The notes beneath the pieces are model-generated. The model worked only from the letters and a program-made list of their open reading frames with translations. It had not been told where the DNA came from and did not search any database. Below are positions 17,351 to 28,300 of a stretch of DNA of 47,344 bases, one piece after another (position 1 is the stretch's first letter; each line of letters starts with the position of its first letter). The DNA is from a virus. Taxonomy: Duplodnaviria; Caudoviricetes. The translations under genes and the position numbers were made by a program. Where the stretch lies: IMG/VR virus record IMGVR_UViG_3300037589_000201, positions 1 through 47,344 of that record; one strand, 5' to 3'.

Positions 17351-18298
17351 ATGAGTGCATACACAGACGCACGTTCGAAGCCCGGCTCGAAGCTGGGAGG
17401 TGCAGACGACCGGGAGCTGTTCGTCACCCACGCAGCCGACCTTGTGATCCAGGCCTGGGACCAGACCTTCGAGTTCATGGGCAAGACCATGGTGCGTACC
17501 ATCACCAGCGGCAAGGCCGAAGACTTCCCGATCATTGGCCGCAAGCGCGATGCCTCGGATCACGTACCCGGCGAGCGTGTCCACGGCGGTACCATCTCGC
17601 ACAACGAGACCACCATCTCCCTGGACGCCATCACCCACGATGCCGTCTTCCTGGCGGAGATTGACGAACTCCTGAACCACTTCCCCTTGGTGGCCCCCTA
17701 CTCGAAGCAGCTCGGCGAGTCCCTCGCAAGTGTCTCGAACGGTCGCATCATCCGTGCGATGATCCTGGCCTCCCGTGTCACCACTGCGCCGTACCCTGAT
17801 GGCCCGCTGCCCAGCTACCACTTCCACGCGGACATGAAGACCGACCCGTCGAAGCTGGAAGATGCGGCCTTCGAGGGCGTGGAACACATCCGCACCAATG
17901 ACATCGGCGGTGGTATGATGACCTACTACCTGCCGTGGAAGCAGCAGCTCCTCCTGGCGCGTTACACCGGCATCGACACAGTGGATACCTCCGGTTCGGG
18001 CAACCGGTCGGCAGGTACCGTGGGCCAGATCGCTGGCATCGGCGTGGAGGGTGTCAACTCGATCCCCAACACGAACTACACCACGGACTCGTTCGCGAAG
18101 TACAACGGCGACTTCTCCAACACGGTCGGCGTCATCTCGAACCCGATGGCTGTTGGTACCCTGAAGCGCCGTGGCATCAAGACGGTCATCACGGAGCAGC
18201 CGGATCGCATCGGTACCCTGATGATCGCCAGCCAGCTGGAAGGTCACGACAAGCTCCGTCCGGAGTGCGCCTTCGAGGTCGCGAACGCCACCCGCTAA
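17351..18298 (+). CDS. Major capsid protein (gp10-like)
   Basis: ELFV, RTITSGKAEDFPIIGR, YSKQLGESLA, GHDKLRPECA. Confidence 0.96.
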   Translation: MSAYTDARSKPGSKLGGADDRELFVTHAADLVIQAWDQTFEFMGKTMVRTITSGKAEDFPIIGRKRDASDHVPGERVHGGTISHNETTISLDAITHDAVFLAEIDELLNHFPLVAPYSKQLGESLASVSNGRIIRAMILASRVTTAPYPDGPLPSYHFHADMKTDPSKLEDAAFEGVEHIRTNDIGGGMMTYYLPWKQQLLLARYTGIDTVDTSGSGNRSAGTVGQIAGIGVEGVNSIPNTNYTTDSFAKYNGDFSNTVGVISNPMAVGTLKRRGIKTVITEQPDRIGTLMIASQLEGHDKLRPECAFEVANATR

Positions 18299-18302
18299 GC
18301 GG

Positions 18303-18321
18303 ACGCTACCACATGACACAC
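18303..18321 (+). promoter_or_regulatory. Dispersed 19-bp motif copy
   Basis: ACGCTACCACATGACACAC just after the capsid stop. Confidence 0.75.
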
Positions 18322-18343
18322 GGTGGGGGCTTCGGCCCCTACC
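18322..18343 (+). terminator. Hairpin at the T-phi position after major capsid
   Basis: GGTGGGGGC-TTCG-GCCCCTACC stem-loop; only a weak pyrimidine tail (TTCTCC). Confidence 0.6.
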
Positions 18344-18367
18344 TTCTCCAACCTAGAGGAGGCATCA

Positions 18368-18964
18368 ATGGCACTCTCACTCGATAGACCCGTACCCCTC
18401 TCCAAGCTGGACGCCGTGAACATTGTCCTGAGGGCCAGAGGGCAGGCACCGACAGCCCAGCTTGGTGAAGGGTCCAGAGGCTCCTCCCAGGAGGCCGAGG
18501 CATCTCTCGCAGAGGCTCTTCTAGCCGTGCAGAGCGAGGAATGGTCGTTCAACCGTGAGGAGGACCTCAAGATTGACCTGAACCAGGACGGAGAGCTTCT
18601 GCTTCCGGACAACATCCTGACTTGGCAGGTCACAGGGAAGTACGCCACCTACAACGTGACGGAGCGCGGCGGGAAACTGTACGACCGCACGAAGGCCACT
18701 ACCGTGTTCACCGAGTCCATCCACATCGAGGCCTCCCTGGCCCATGCATTCGAGGACCTTGGCCAGCCGGTCCGGTGGTACGTCACGCTCCTCGCAGCGT
18801 TCAACTACGGGAACCAGGTGGTGCCGGGGGACAGCTCCATCAGGCCGACCTTGGACCAGCTCCGCAGTGCCAGAGGGATGCTTGAGGCCTACGACAATGG
18901 CTTCCGCTCCAGGAACCTACGGAATGTGAACCCCCACTTCAGACGCCTGAGAGGACGCCGGTAA
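18368..18964 (+). CDS. Tail tubular protein A (gp11-like)
   Basis: KLDAVNIVLRARGQAP, VQSEEWSFNRE, RGGKLYDR. Confidence 0.93.
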   Translation: MALSLDRPVPLSKLDAVNIVLRARGQAPTAQLGEGSRGSSQEAEASLAEALLAVQSEEWSFNREEDLKIDLNQDGELLLPDNILTWQVTGKYATYNVTERGGKLYDRTKATTVFTESIHIEASLAHAFEDLGQPVRWYVTLLAAFNYGNQVVPGDSSIRPTLDQLRSARGMLEAYDNGFRSRNLRNVNPHFRRLRGRR

Positions 18965-21354
18965 TGCCGAACACCTATCCCGTTCGCTCCCTCATCCAGG
19001 GGGTCAGTGAGCAATCGTCTTTCAGCCGTCCCCAGTCGTCTGCGGAGTCTCAGCGGAATTGCATCAACGACCTGCTGTTCGGCTCCAGGGCAAGGAATGG
19101 GACGAGGGTGATCGCCACCCACACATGGGACACCGAGAACGCCTTCTTCCACCGCATCGAGCGGTCCACGGACGAGGACTACCAGGTGGTCGTGAAGGGC
19201 ACAGCCCTGAACATCATCAACCTGGCTGACGGCACTATCGCCACCCTCACCAAGAACATCTCCGATGCAGCCATTGAGGCCTACCTGACCCATACGGGGG
19301 ACAGCAGCCTGGCCTTCACGGCGGCTACCATCGAGGACACCAGCCTGCTGGCCAACCGGCAGAAGACAGTGGCCATGAGCAGCTCGACCAGCGCGGCGAG
19401 GACCAACCAGGCCCTGATGCACTTCAAGTCGGCCAACTACTCGACCACCTACAAGCTGATCATCAAGTATGCGAGTTCGACCCTGACGATCACCTACAAG
19501 ACGCCGGACAACTCGGCGGCTGTGAACGCGGAGCTGATCGCGACCAACAAGCTGGCTGAGGAGTTTGCCGACGCCCTGGTAACAGGCCTCAGTGGGGGAG
19601 GCTGGTCAGTAAGTCGCGCCGCTTCGTCCATCCTAATCTCCCACCCGACGCACGACTTCACGGTCTACTCCGAGGACGGCCTTGGTGGGCAGCAGCTCAT
19701 CGCCTTCAAGGATCGCGTGAAGAAGCTCACGGACCTCCCCACAGTGGCCTGGGATGGATACCAGGTTGCGGTAGGTAACACCAAGTCCGCGACCGAGGCC
19801 GACTTCTACCTGAAATACTCCGGGGATGCCCAGGGCGGAGTCTGGGAGGAGGTCGTCAAGTGGAGCACCCAGACGGACTTTAATGAGGCCACGATGCCTC
19901 TGATGCTGACCAACACTGGCGTCAACGCCTTCACCATCGACTATGCCCCCTGGGGGTCGAGGCTGGCAGGTGACGGGGTGGAGACCGCCAAGGACCCAAG
20001 CTTTGTGGGCAAGACCATCCGGGACTTGCAGTTCTTCGACGGTCGTCTGGCGATCATCGGCGAGGGGTACTGGACGTTATCCCGTGCAAGGAACGCCTTC
20101 GTCTTCTTCCCCGACACCGTGCAGACCAACCTACAGACAGCCCCGGTGGACTACATCGTGGCCAACGGCAAGGTCAGCCTTGTGACCAGGGCTGTGGTGG
20201 TAGGCGAGAAGCTGCACCTGTGGGCCAACAAGCTTCAGTCCGTTGTGTCCTCCGGGCAGGACGCCCTTTCCGAGGAGACGGCTGAGAACCCGCCCACGAC
20301 CAACTACGAGTATGACGGGCTGGTCCCTCCGGTCCCGGTCGGCCAGTCCGGCCTGGTCTTCGCCACAGGTAACCGTGGAAGCGCGGTGTTCACCGAGGTG
20401 GTCTACAAGAACGGGAAGGCTGTTGGGGAGATACCCCTGAATGAGCATTGCCCCAGCTTTGTGAAAGGTGTGCCTACGCACCTGTTTCCGGCAGGCTCTA
20501 TCGGCATGATGTTCGCCCTGACGGACGATGATGCCACCCGCATCTACCTCTACCAGTGGAGCAACCGTGGGGAGGATCGCATCCAGTCCGCATGGAACTA
20601 CTGGGACATGCCTGGGTGTGATGGCATCTCGTGGGTCGGAACAAGCGGCTCGGAGATCAAGATGCTGGTTCGCCACGGCACCAAGACCTCCTTGGAGACC
20701 ATGGAGGCCTCCTACGAGGGTGACGAGGATGGTGTCATCCCGCTCCGTGCGGATCACCGCCTGAACGAGGTGGACCTGGCCCCAAGTGCTCCAACCAATG
20801 GTGTCATGACGGTGGACCTTCCGTGGTCCCTGAGTGCTGCCCAGAAGGAGAACTTCGTGGTCTACGAGCGTGTGGACGACGATGAGACCGGGGAGCAGCG
20901 GGGCCGCATCCTCCCGCACACCTGGACGAGCGGCACCCAGTTCACCATCCGGACCGAGAACGAGGACATAAGGTTCTTCGCAGGGCACATCCCCGTTGCC
21001 GAGAGGGAGCCTGGGACACTCTACGTCATGGGCCGAGAGGGTACCGAGATGACGGACAACGTGCTTGTCCAGCATTTGGCGGTCTACCACACGAACTCCA
21101 CGGCATACGAGCTGGTCATCCGTACCGAGGACAGGCCTGGTGAAGAGATCATCAGCCGGTTCTCTGCACGGAAGATCGGGGACCCTGCAATCCTGAACTC
21201 CAGGACGGTCGCCGAGAAGGCCGGGGTGAGTGGATGGTTCAAGGTTGGCTACGACGCTGGCAAGGCCACCCTCCTCCTGAGGAACAGGGAAATCTACCCG
21301 TCCTCCTGGGAAGCCATGAAGTACATCTACAGAGCGGAGATGCGAGCGCCATGA
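18964..21354 (+). CDS. Tail tubular protein B (gp12-like)
   Basis: SLIQGVSEQ, RLAGD...PSFVG, FFDGRL, IQSAWNYW; 796 aa. Confidence 0.93.
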   Translation: MPNTYPVRSLIQGVSEQSSFSRPQSSAESQRNCINDLLFGSRARNGTRVIATHTWDTENAFFHRIERSTDEDYQVVVKGTALNIINLADGTIATLTKNISDAAIEAYLTHTGDSSLAFTAATIEDTSLLANRQKTVAMSSSTSAARTNQALMHFKSANYSTTYKLIIKYASSTLTITYKTPDNSAAVNAELIATNKLAEEFADALVTGLSGGGWSVSRAASSILISHPTHDFTVYSEDGLGGQQLIAFKDRVKKLTDLPTVAWDGYQVAVGNTKSATEADFYLKYSGDAQGGVWEEVVKWSTQTDFNEATMPLMLTNTGVNAFTIDYAPWGSRLAGDGVETAKDPSFVGKTIRDLQFFDGRLAIIGEGYWTLSRARNAFVFFPDTVQTNLQTAPVDYIVANGKVSLVTRAVVVGEKLHLWANKLQSVVSSGQDALSEETAENPPTTNYEYDGLVPPVPVGQSGLVFATGNRGSAVFTEVVYKNGKAVGEIPLNEHCPSFVKGVPTHLFPAGSIGMMFALTDDDATRIYLYQWSNRGEDRIQSAWNYWDMPGCDGISWVGTSGSEIKMLVRHGTKTSLETMEASYEGDEDGVIPLRADHRLNEVDLAPSAPTNGVMTVDLPWSLSAAQKENFVVYERVDDDETGEQRGRILPHTWTSGTQFTIRTENEDIRFFAGHIPVAEREPGTLYVMGREGTEMTDNVLVQHLAVYHTNSTAYELVIRTEDRPGEEIISRFSARKIGDPAILNSRTVAEKAGVSGWFKVGYDAGKATLLLRNREIYPSSWEAMKYIYRAEMRAP

Positions 21355-21785
21355 TCGAAGTCAGGGAACCCACCCTAGCAGACCTGAAGCTGGCCAATAA
21401 GGACATCCGGGATGCTGATCGGCGGGAGTGGTACGCTGGGACCGGGATGCGGTTCCGGAGGGCCTCCATCAAGGCCATCAAGGGCGGGGGCATCAAGCGG
21501 GTGGCCCTGGAGGACGGCGTACCGCTGTGCTTCTGGGGCTGCGACGGGGGCGTGGCCTGGATGTTCGTGAGCAACGCGGCATACCGCAAAGCTACCAAAC
21601 TACACAGGATACTCCACAAGCACCTGGACGAGCTGCACGAAGCCTATGGGCCTATCAACGCCTACGCCGATGCGCGGAACGTGGTGCATCACCGTTGGAT
21701 GGAGTGGCTCGGGATGGAGCGCCGGGAGACATACCTACTCGGCCCTTTCCGCATGCCGTTCATTCACTTCTACAAGGAGAAATAG
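21351..21785 (+). CDS. gp13-like internal virion protein A / GNAT-like protein
   Basis: IRDADRREW...NAYADARNVVHHRWMEWLG; synteny. Confidence 0.8.
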   Translation: MIEVREPTLADLKLANKDIRDADRREWYAGTGMRFRRASIKAIKGGGIKRVALEDGVPLCFWGCDGGVAWMFVSNAAYRKATKLHRILHKHLDELHEAYGPINAYADARNVVHHRWMEWLGMERRETYLLGPFRMPFIHFYKEK

Positions 21786-21788
21786 CCC

Positions 21789-22295
21789 ATGTGCGTTGGA
21801 CTTGGAGCCATCGTTGGAGCCGCCCTCAGTGTGGCCCAGGCGGTCGTGTCCTTCTCGGCAGCTCAAGACGAGTACGAGCAGAAGGCCGAACAGTGGCGGC
21901 AGAACTACACCAACTCCCTGGCAGCGGGTCGTGATGATCAGCGTCAGATCACCCTGAGGATGACCCAGGAGGAGGAGGCGAAGTCTCAGAAGACCACCCA
22001 GAACAGGATCGAAGGGGCGGAGGTATCTGCTGAGGCAGAAGTCTCGGCGGCTGCGGCAGGCCTCTCTGGCATCTCCCTGGACAACATCATGACCGGGATC
22101 ACCCGGAAGGTTGCCATGAAGCAGGCGGCTGATGAGGCCACCTACCAGAACACGGCGGCGCAGCTCACCACCCAGCTGGAAGCCACAAACACCTCCATCC
22201 AGAACCGCATCAACTCGGTCCAGAGGCCGACAGCGCCTGACCCCCTCGGGTACGTCCTGAAGGGCATCGGCGGGGCACTCGGGAAATTCGACTAG
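21789..22295 (+). CDS. Internal virion protein B (gp14-like)
   Basis: MC start, Ala/Gln-rich, AAAGLSGIS motif. Confidence 0.85.
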   Translation: MCVGLGAIVGAALSVAQAVVSFSAAQDEYEQKAEQWRQNYTNSLAAGRDDQRQITLRMTQEEEAKSQKTTQNRIEGAEVSAEAEVSAAAAGLSGISLDNIMTGITRKVAMKQAADEATYQNTAAQLTTQLEATNTSIQNRINSVQRPTAPDPLGYVLKGIGGALGKFD

Positions 22296-22304
22296 GAGGG
22301 CCTA

Positions 22305-25300
22305 ATGGCCAGACAGAAAGTACGCGACATCTCCCCAGCGAGGGACATACGTCCGGCAGCGGCCCCGGTGAGCACATACGTCCGGCCAGCTGAGCCTGGG
22401 CGGTCTCCCCTGCGGGATGTGGCCGAGGGTTTGGCTGCGTTTGACAGTGGCCTAAGTGGCTTCCTGAAGAAGCGCCAGGCGAAGATGGACGACGCCGACA
22501 AGGTGCGTGGAGCTGCGGCCTTCTACAAGGCCAACCAGGCGGGATACGCAGAGGCGGTTGCCCAGGGTCTGATCCCAGCGAACAGCAGCCCGGTCTTCAT
22601 GCAGTCCTACAAGGCCCAGCAGGGTAACTTGGCTGGCATCCGGCTTCGGGAGAGCTTCAATCAATCCTACCTCACCTGGGAGGGGCGGAACAGTAACGAC
22701 CCGGAGCAGTTCCAGACCTTCTTGTCCACCTTCATGGCCGAGAACATCAAGACGGATGACCCTGATGTGCTCCGGGGGCTGACACCCCACCTGGAGACCC
22801 TGACAAGCGATGCAATGACCGTCTGGAGCAAGGAGGCGGCGGCTTCTGTGGAGCAAGGCTCCCTGAACACCCGTGGCGCTGTTGCCGGTGAGACAATCGA
22901 CTATGCCGATGCGACGGGCCTCTCCTCTGAGCAGGGCACCGACTATGAGTCCCTCTGGAGCGACCTGCTGGCCCAACGCGAAGAGGCCCTCAAGGCGGGC
23001 CACCGGTCAGAGGACTACGACAAGGTTCTCGTGGACACCATCGCGGACAAGGCGGTGGAGATCGCCGATCCTCAGCTGCTGATGCTCCTGGACCGCAAGC
23101 TCCCAGGCTCCGATGTGAAGCTGTCCTCCCTGCCTGACTTCCGGGACCGCAAGGCCCAGGCGATGTCAGCCTTGGAGACCCTCAACAACAAGAGGCAGAC
23201 GGCTCGGGACAAGGCGCAGCTGGAGGCCGACAAGAAGGCCGAGGACGCGGCGGTGCTCTCCGTGATGAACGAGGTTGCTGCCAACCCTCTTGCTGAGATC
23301 AGCGAGGAGCAGATCAAGGAGTGGGAGAAGTATGACCCGATGGCCCGCAAGAAGCTCTCGGACATGCGCAAGTCGATGCTGGAGGCCACCTCTATGGAGG
23401 ACCCGCAGGACCTCATCACGGTCGAGCGGATGATCCAGGGCGGGGCCACCTTGAACGACATCATGGAGCTGGCGCGGGACGGAGTGATCCGGGACCCCCA
23501 GACCCTGAAGGCCGCGCTGGATCGCGTCGAGAAGAGGCGCAAGGCTGTGCGAGAGGGTGATGGCATCCTCAGCACCCAGACCGCCAAGCGGGTCACCTCA
23601 ACGATCCGGGAGCGGACACTCCCAGACGACCTCACCAGCATGTTCGACCCAGGAGGCACGACCGACGAGGGCCTGGAGGCAATCCGGGACTTCGAGGAGA
23701 TGCTCATGGAGTGGGAGACGGCGAACCCCCACGCCACCCTCATCGACCGGGAGAACTTCATCAACGACACCGGGGAGCTGATCCTGAAGCGCATCAACGT
23801 CGAGGAGCGGAACTACACGTCACCAGAGGACGCCGCCCAGATGCGCCAGCAGGAGGCCGACCAGCAGTCCCAGGCGCGTGTTGGGCAGGAAGACGCCGCA
23901 ATGGCCCAGCCGGTGCAGCCCATGGCCGATCAGCAGGAGGCCGAGGCGGAGTCACGCAGGCAGTCCTTCAGGGAGGCCATGGAGATCGACGCAGGCATCA
24001 GCCGCCCAAGGGAGGCAGACACCGAGGCCTACAAGGAGTGGGCCGAGAAGGAGACGGAGCGCATCTACGCGGGGGATCAACCCCCAAGTCTCGATGAGAT
24101 GGATGCGAGCTACAGACGCAACCTGGAACAGGCCGCAGAGCGGCGTGGAATGCAACCTGAGGAGTTCAATATGGAAATCTGGAAGTCGCTGAAGAAGATG
24201 CTCGGCATCGAGTCCGAGGAGCCTGCCGGTGCAACAGCACCTGATGGAACCCCCGTGGACAACTCCAGCTTCAACCCCGACGCTGCCTCAGAGGAGATCG
24301 GCTCGGCCATCGACACTGCGGTGGACGCTGGTGCCGCTCGGAGGGCCACAGGTGCCGCCGGTGCCGCTGCCCCGGTGCTCGACCTGATCGGACGGACCGA
24401 GGGTACTGACAAGGGCCGAGGTTACAACGAGACCCTCAGCTACGGAGCCTACACGGGCGGAGATGTGAACCTGGTGGGGATGACCCTCGGGGAGATCGAC
24501 AAGCTCCAGACAGACATGCTCCGCCATCCGGACAACAACTGGAACTCCTCGGCCATCGGGCGGTACCAGATCGTCCGCACCACCCTCCGCAAGATCAAGA
24601 AGCAGATGGGCCTGAAGGATGACGTGAAGTTCACCCCTGAAGTCCAGGACCAGATGGCGATGCATCTCCTCAAGGGCCGTGGGCTGGACAAGTGGATGTC
24701 CGGGAAGATGTCCGACAAGGCCTTCATCACCAACCTGTCCCGCGAGTGGGCCTCCCTGCCGAAGAGCAGCGGCGGGGGCTACTACAAGGGTCAGCGGGCA
24801 GCAGTCGATCCGGCAACCGTCCTCTCGGCCCTCCAGGCGTACAAGAGCGGCAAAGGTGGGGAGGCGTTCGACGCCCTCCTCAAGCCCCCGGCAGCATACG
24901 CCAACATCCCCGCCGATGAGGTCGAGCGGTTCGTGGCTTGGAACTCGGACCCTGTGGCCAACCACGAGGAGAACCTGAAGTCGATTGACACGACCCTGGC
25001 TGACGTGGTGCGTCGTGCCCAGGAGCTGTCCAAGGTCAAGTTCGTGGTCGGCTCCGGGAAGCGCGGCAAGGACCTCCAGAAGAAGGCCGTCGAGTGGGGA
25101 TGGTCCAAGACGATGAACAGTGACCACCTCCACGGAGGCGCGGTGGACCTGTGGCCTCTGGACGAGAACGGTGCCGTGAAGTTCACCAAGTCCCAGCAGC
25201 TGGAGATCGTCAAGGCGATGAAGGCGGCGGCAAAGGAGAAGGGGGTAACCCTGGACATCGGTGCCGAGTGGAAGAGCTTCAAGGACCTGCCGCACTTCGC

Positions 25301-25325
25301 CGTCAAGGGCGGAGCTTCGGCCTAA
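22305..25325 (+). CDS. Internal virion protein (gp15 position) with muramidase and M15 peptidase domains
   Basis: LDLIGRTEG...SSAIGRYQIVRTTL...QDQMA...EWASLP (lysozyme-like), then SKTMNSDHLHGGAVDL...DLPHF (M15 Zn peptidase). Confidence 0.88.
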   Translation: MARQKVRDISPARDIRPAAAPVSTYVRPAEPGRSPLRDVAEGLAAFDSGLSGFLKKRQAKMDDADKVRGAAAFYKANQAGYAEAVAQGLIPANSSPVFMQSYKAQQGNLAGIRLRESFNQSYLTWEGRNSNDPEQFQTFLSTFMAENIKTDDPDVLRGLTPHLETLTSDAMTVWSKEAAASVEQGSLNTRGAVAGETIDYADATGLSSEQGTDYESLWSDLLAQREEALKAGHRSEDYDKVLVDTIADKAVEIADPQLLMLLDRKLPGSDVKLSSLPDFRDRKAQAMSALETLNNKRQTARDKAQLEADKKAEDAAVLSVMNEVAANPLAEISEEQIKEWEKYDPMARKKLSDMRKSMLEATSMEDPQDLITVERMIQGGATLNDIMELARDGVIRDPQTLKAALDRVEKRRKAVREGDGILSTQTAKRVTSTIRERTLPDDLTSMFDPGGTTDEGLEAIRDFEEMLMEWETANPHATLIDRENFINDTGELILKRINVEERNYTSPEDAAQMRQQEADQQSQARVGQEDAAMAQPVQPMADQQEAEAESRRQSFREAMEIDAGISRPREADTEAYKEWAEKETERIYAGDQPPSLDEMDASYRRNLEQAAERRGMQPEEFNMEIWKSLKKMLGIESEEPAGATAPDGTPVDNSSFNPDAASEEIGSAIDTAVDAGAARRATGAAGAAAPVLDLIGRTEGTDKGRGYNETLSYGAYTGGDVNLVGMTLGEIDKLQTDMLRHPDNNWNSSAIGRYQIVRTTLRKIKKQMGLKDDVKFTPEVQDQMAMHLLKGRGLDKWMSGKMSDKAFITNLSREWASLPKSSGGGYYKGQRAAVDPATVLSALQAYKSGKGGEAFDALLKPPAAYANIPADEVERFVAWNSDPVANHEENLKSIDTTLADVVRRAQELSKVKFVVGSGKRGKDLQKKAVEWGWSKTMNSDHLHGGAVDLWPLDENGAVKFTKSQQLEIVKAMKAAAKEKGVTLDIGAEWKSFKDLPHFAVKGGASA

Positions 25326-25343
25326 CACTACCGAACTACACAC
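25325..25343 (+). promoter_or_regulatory. Dispersed motif copy (degenerate)
   Basis: ACACTACCGAACTACACAC between a stop codon and an RBS. Confidence 0.55.
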
Positions 25344-25356
25344 AATGAGGTGAGAA

Positions 25357-28300
25357 ATGGACGACCTGTTCAATAAGGCCGTGGCAGATGTTGACAGCCG
25401 TCTCGGACTCCAGACGGTGCCCGATGCTGGTACCCCTGAAGCACCTCCGGAAGAGGAGGCCTCCGGTGGAATGCTGGATACCATCGGGGGCCTGGCCAAG
25501 CAGTCACTGACCGGGGCTTATGACCTCTGGCAGTCTGCTGGGGCTGGCATCGCAAAGGCGGGCTTCGAGACCAAGGACCTGGTGCTCGGTGAGCCTACTG
25601 AGGATGAGAAGTCCGGCATCCGCAAGGAGGTCGAGGCGGCTTCAGCCATGCGGCGCGAGAAGTCTACGGCCAATGGGGTTGTGGAGAGTGTCTCGCAGTT
25701 CGCCACCGGCATGCTCGGGGTTGGGAAGCTTGCTGCACCCATCAAGGGCGTCGCCAAGCTGAAGGCAGCGGGCAAGGCCGGTAGGTTCGCCTACGAGTCC
25801 CTCCGAGGTGCAACGGCTGCGGCGGTGGTGATCGACCCCCACGAGGAGCGGTTGTCCAACCTGATCCAAGAGTTCGACATCCTGGAGAACCCCGTCACGG
25901 AGTTCCTCGCTGCCAGCCCCGATGATAGCGCGGCGATGGGCCGCTTCAAGAACGCCCTGGAGGGCATCGGGTTTGACTTGGCACTGGCCGGTACGTTCGC
26001 TGCTGGTGTCAAGGCCGTGAAGCTCTACCGAGGTGGCCAGGCCGACGAGGCGATCAAGGTCCTGAAGAAGGCCGAGAAAGGTGTCACCCCTGCTGAGCCT
26101 AAGGTGGCCGGGAAGGCTGGGGAGGTCTTACAGATTGACGAGGTGGCCGAGGCTGAGGCCAAGGCCTCTTCAACCACCAACACGGTGGCCAAGGAGATAC
26201 CGGCCAAGGAGGCAACTCCTCGGTGGGACCCGGCAGTCAAGGTCAGCGAGATCGACGCGGAGACCATCATCAAGGACTTCGAGGCCGAAGAGAAGGTCCT
26301 CAGGGAGTTCGGTAGCCGGGAGGAGGCCCTCAAGGCTGGTGTGCGGGTACCCCGCGCAAATGTTCCGTGGCAGAAGATCGGAGGCTCCGAGGACCTCCAG
26401 GCCCTGGTGTCAAACACCTCCAAGGTGCTCCGCCAGCAGATGGACGCCGCCAAGGGCGGTTCCGTGCTGAGTGACGCCAAGGTCCGCGACATGGTGACCA
26501 GTACGGCTGAGATGTTCGGCGACGATCCGGCACTCCTGATGGGACACCTTGCGAAGTCCGGAGACCAGGCCAAGAGCATGGTTGCCGACATGGAGGCCTC
26601 CTACATCATCTCACGCCGCCTGTTCGAGGATGCCCACGATGCCGCCCTCAAGACCCGTATGGGGATGCTGGACGAGCTTGGTGGTTCCCTGGAGACGGCC
26701 CAGGCCGAGGTCCTGAAGCGGTTCCAGGCGGCGGCTGACATGCTGGCTGCTGGTAACTCCATGAGGGCCAGTGCCGGTAGGTCGCTTCGGCGTCTGCGGT
26801 CTGACTTCGCCATCACGCCCGAGGATGTGGCCCAGTTCAGCAAGCTCCCGAAGGAGCAGCTCACAGAGGTCCTGTACCGTACCGGTGGGGACCTGAAGAA
26901 GCTCAAGCAGGCTGCGAACCCTGCATGGCAGCGGAGGGTGCTGGATGAGGCTACCTTCGCCCTGACGAACAACCTGCTGTGGTTCTACCCGACCCACCTG
27001 GTGAACACGACGACCAACTTCTACATGCTGGCAGCACGACCAACTGAGAAGCTCCTGGGGTCGATGGCGCTGGGCAAGGGCGGCTCAGCTGTCCGCAGAC
27101 AGGCCCTGAAGGAATATGCCTACATGACAAACTCCCTCGGGGACGCTTGGCATGGCATGGTGGAAGCCTTCAAGCGGGGCGACAGCCTTCTCAGCCCCCA
27201 CCACGATGAGTTCTTCGAGCAAGGCTCACGGGTGAACGCTGGGCCGCTCCCCTGGAGGCCGGTCAACGATGTGTGGGACCTGTTCCACAACGCCTACATG
27301 TCGGCGAACTACCGGACCATTGTGGGCCTGCCCACCAGGTCTCTCGGTGCGGTTGATGAGTTCGTCAAGACCCTTCGCTACCGTGCGGTTGTCCAGGCGA
27401 GGGCCGCAGTGGGAGCTACCGAGGCGGGTATCCCGGAGAAGGACCTGGCGAAGTACATCCAGGGGAAGCTGACAGAGGCTTTCACCCCAGATGGCCGGGG
27501 GCTTGACAGCCAGGCGATCACCGAGGCCCAGATCAGCACCTTCCAACAGGAACTCCTCTCAGGGACTGCGGGTGCTGCCGTCCGGAACTTCCGCCACAAC
27601 TACCCGGTGACAGCCTTGGTGCTGCCGTTCGTGAAGACCCCGGTGAACGTCCTCCGGTACGCCTGGAAGATGACACCAGGCCTTAACATGCTCCAGACGG
27701 AGTACCGGCAGATGCTGAAGGGTGCCCTCGGTCCGGAAGCCCAGGCCCAGGCGGTCGGGCAGATGGCCCTCGGGTCCACCTTCATGGCGATGGCTGCGGG
27801 TCTAGCTGCCTCCGGTCGCATCACTGGTGGTGGTCCTGCCGATCCACAGCTTCGCAAACAGCTGACTGGCTCCGGGTGGCAACCATACAGCTTCGTGATC
27901 GAGAACGGGGATGGTTCCAAGACATACGTCCCCATTGGACGCTTCGACCCTGTTGGTATGCCCTTCGGCATGGTGGCCGACATCGTGGACATGCAGATCA
28001 CCCACCCGAACTCCAGGGAAGCCGAGAAGGGGATGATGGCCGTGGGCGTTGCGCTCGCCAAGGCGTTCTCCGAGAAGACCTTCCTGTTGAACGTTAACGG
28101 GCTGCTTCGGGCGATCACCGAACCGGAGAACAACCTAGGGAAGTGGGCAGGGAACCTTGCGGGTAACGTGCTGGTCCCTGGGTCCTCCGCCGTGAGGAAC
28201 TACGCCAACTCTGACCCGTATGTGCGTGACGCCAGAGGCTTCCTTGACAACGCCATGAAGGGCCTTCCTGGGTACTCGGAGACTATCCCACCCGCGAGGG

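Noticed and set aside
18240-18370. T7-style capsid 10B frameshift extension
   Set aside because: No clear slippery site, and little room before the hairpin and gp11 start
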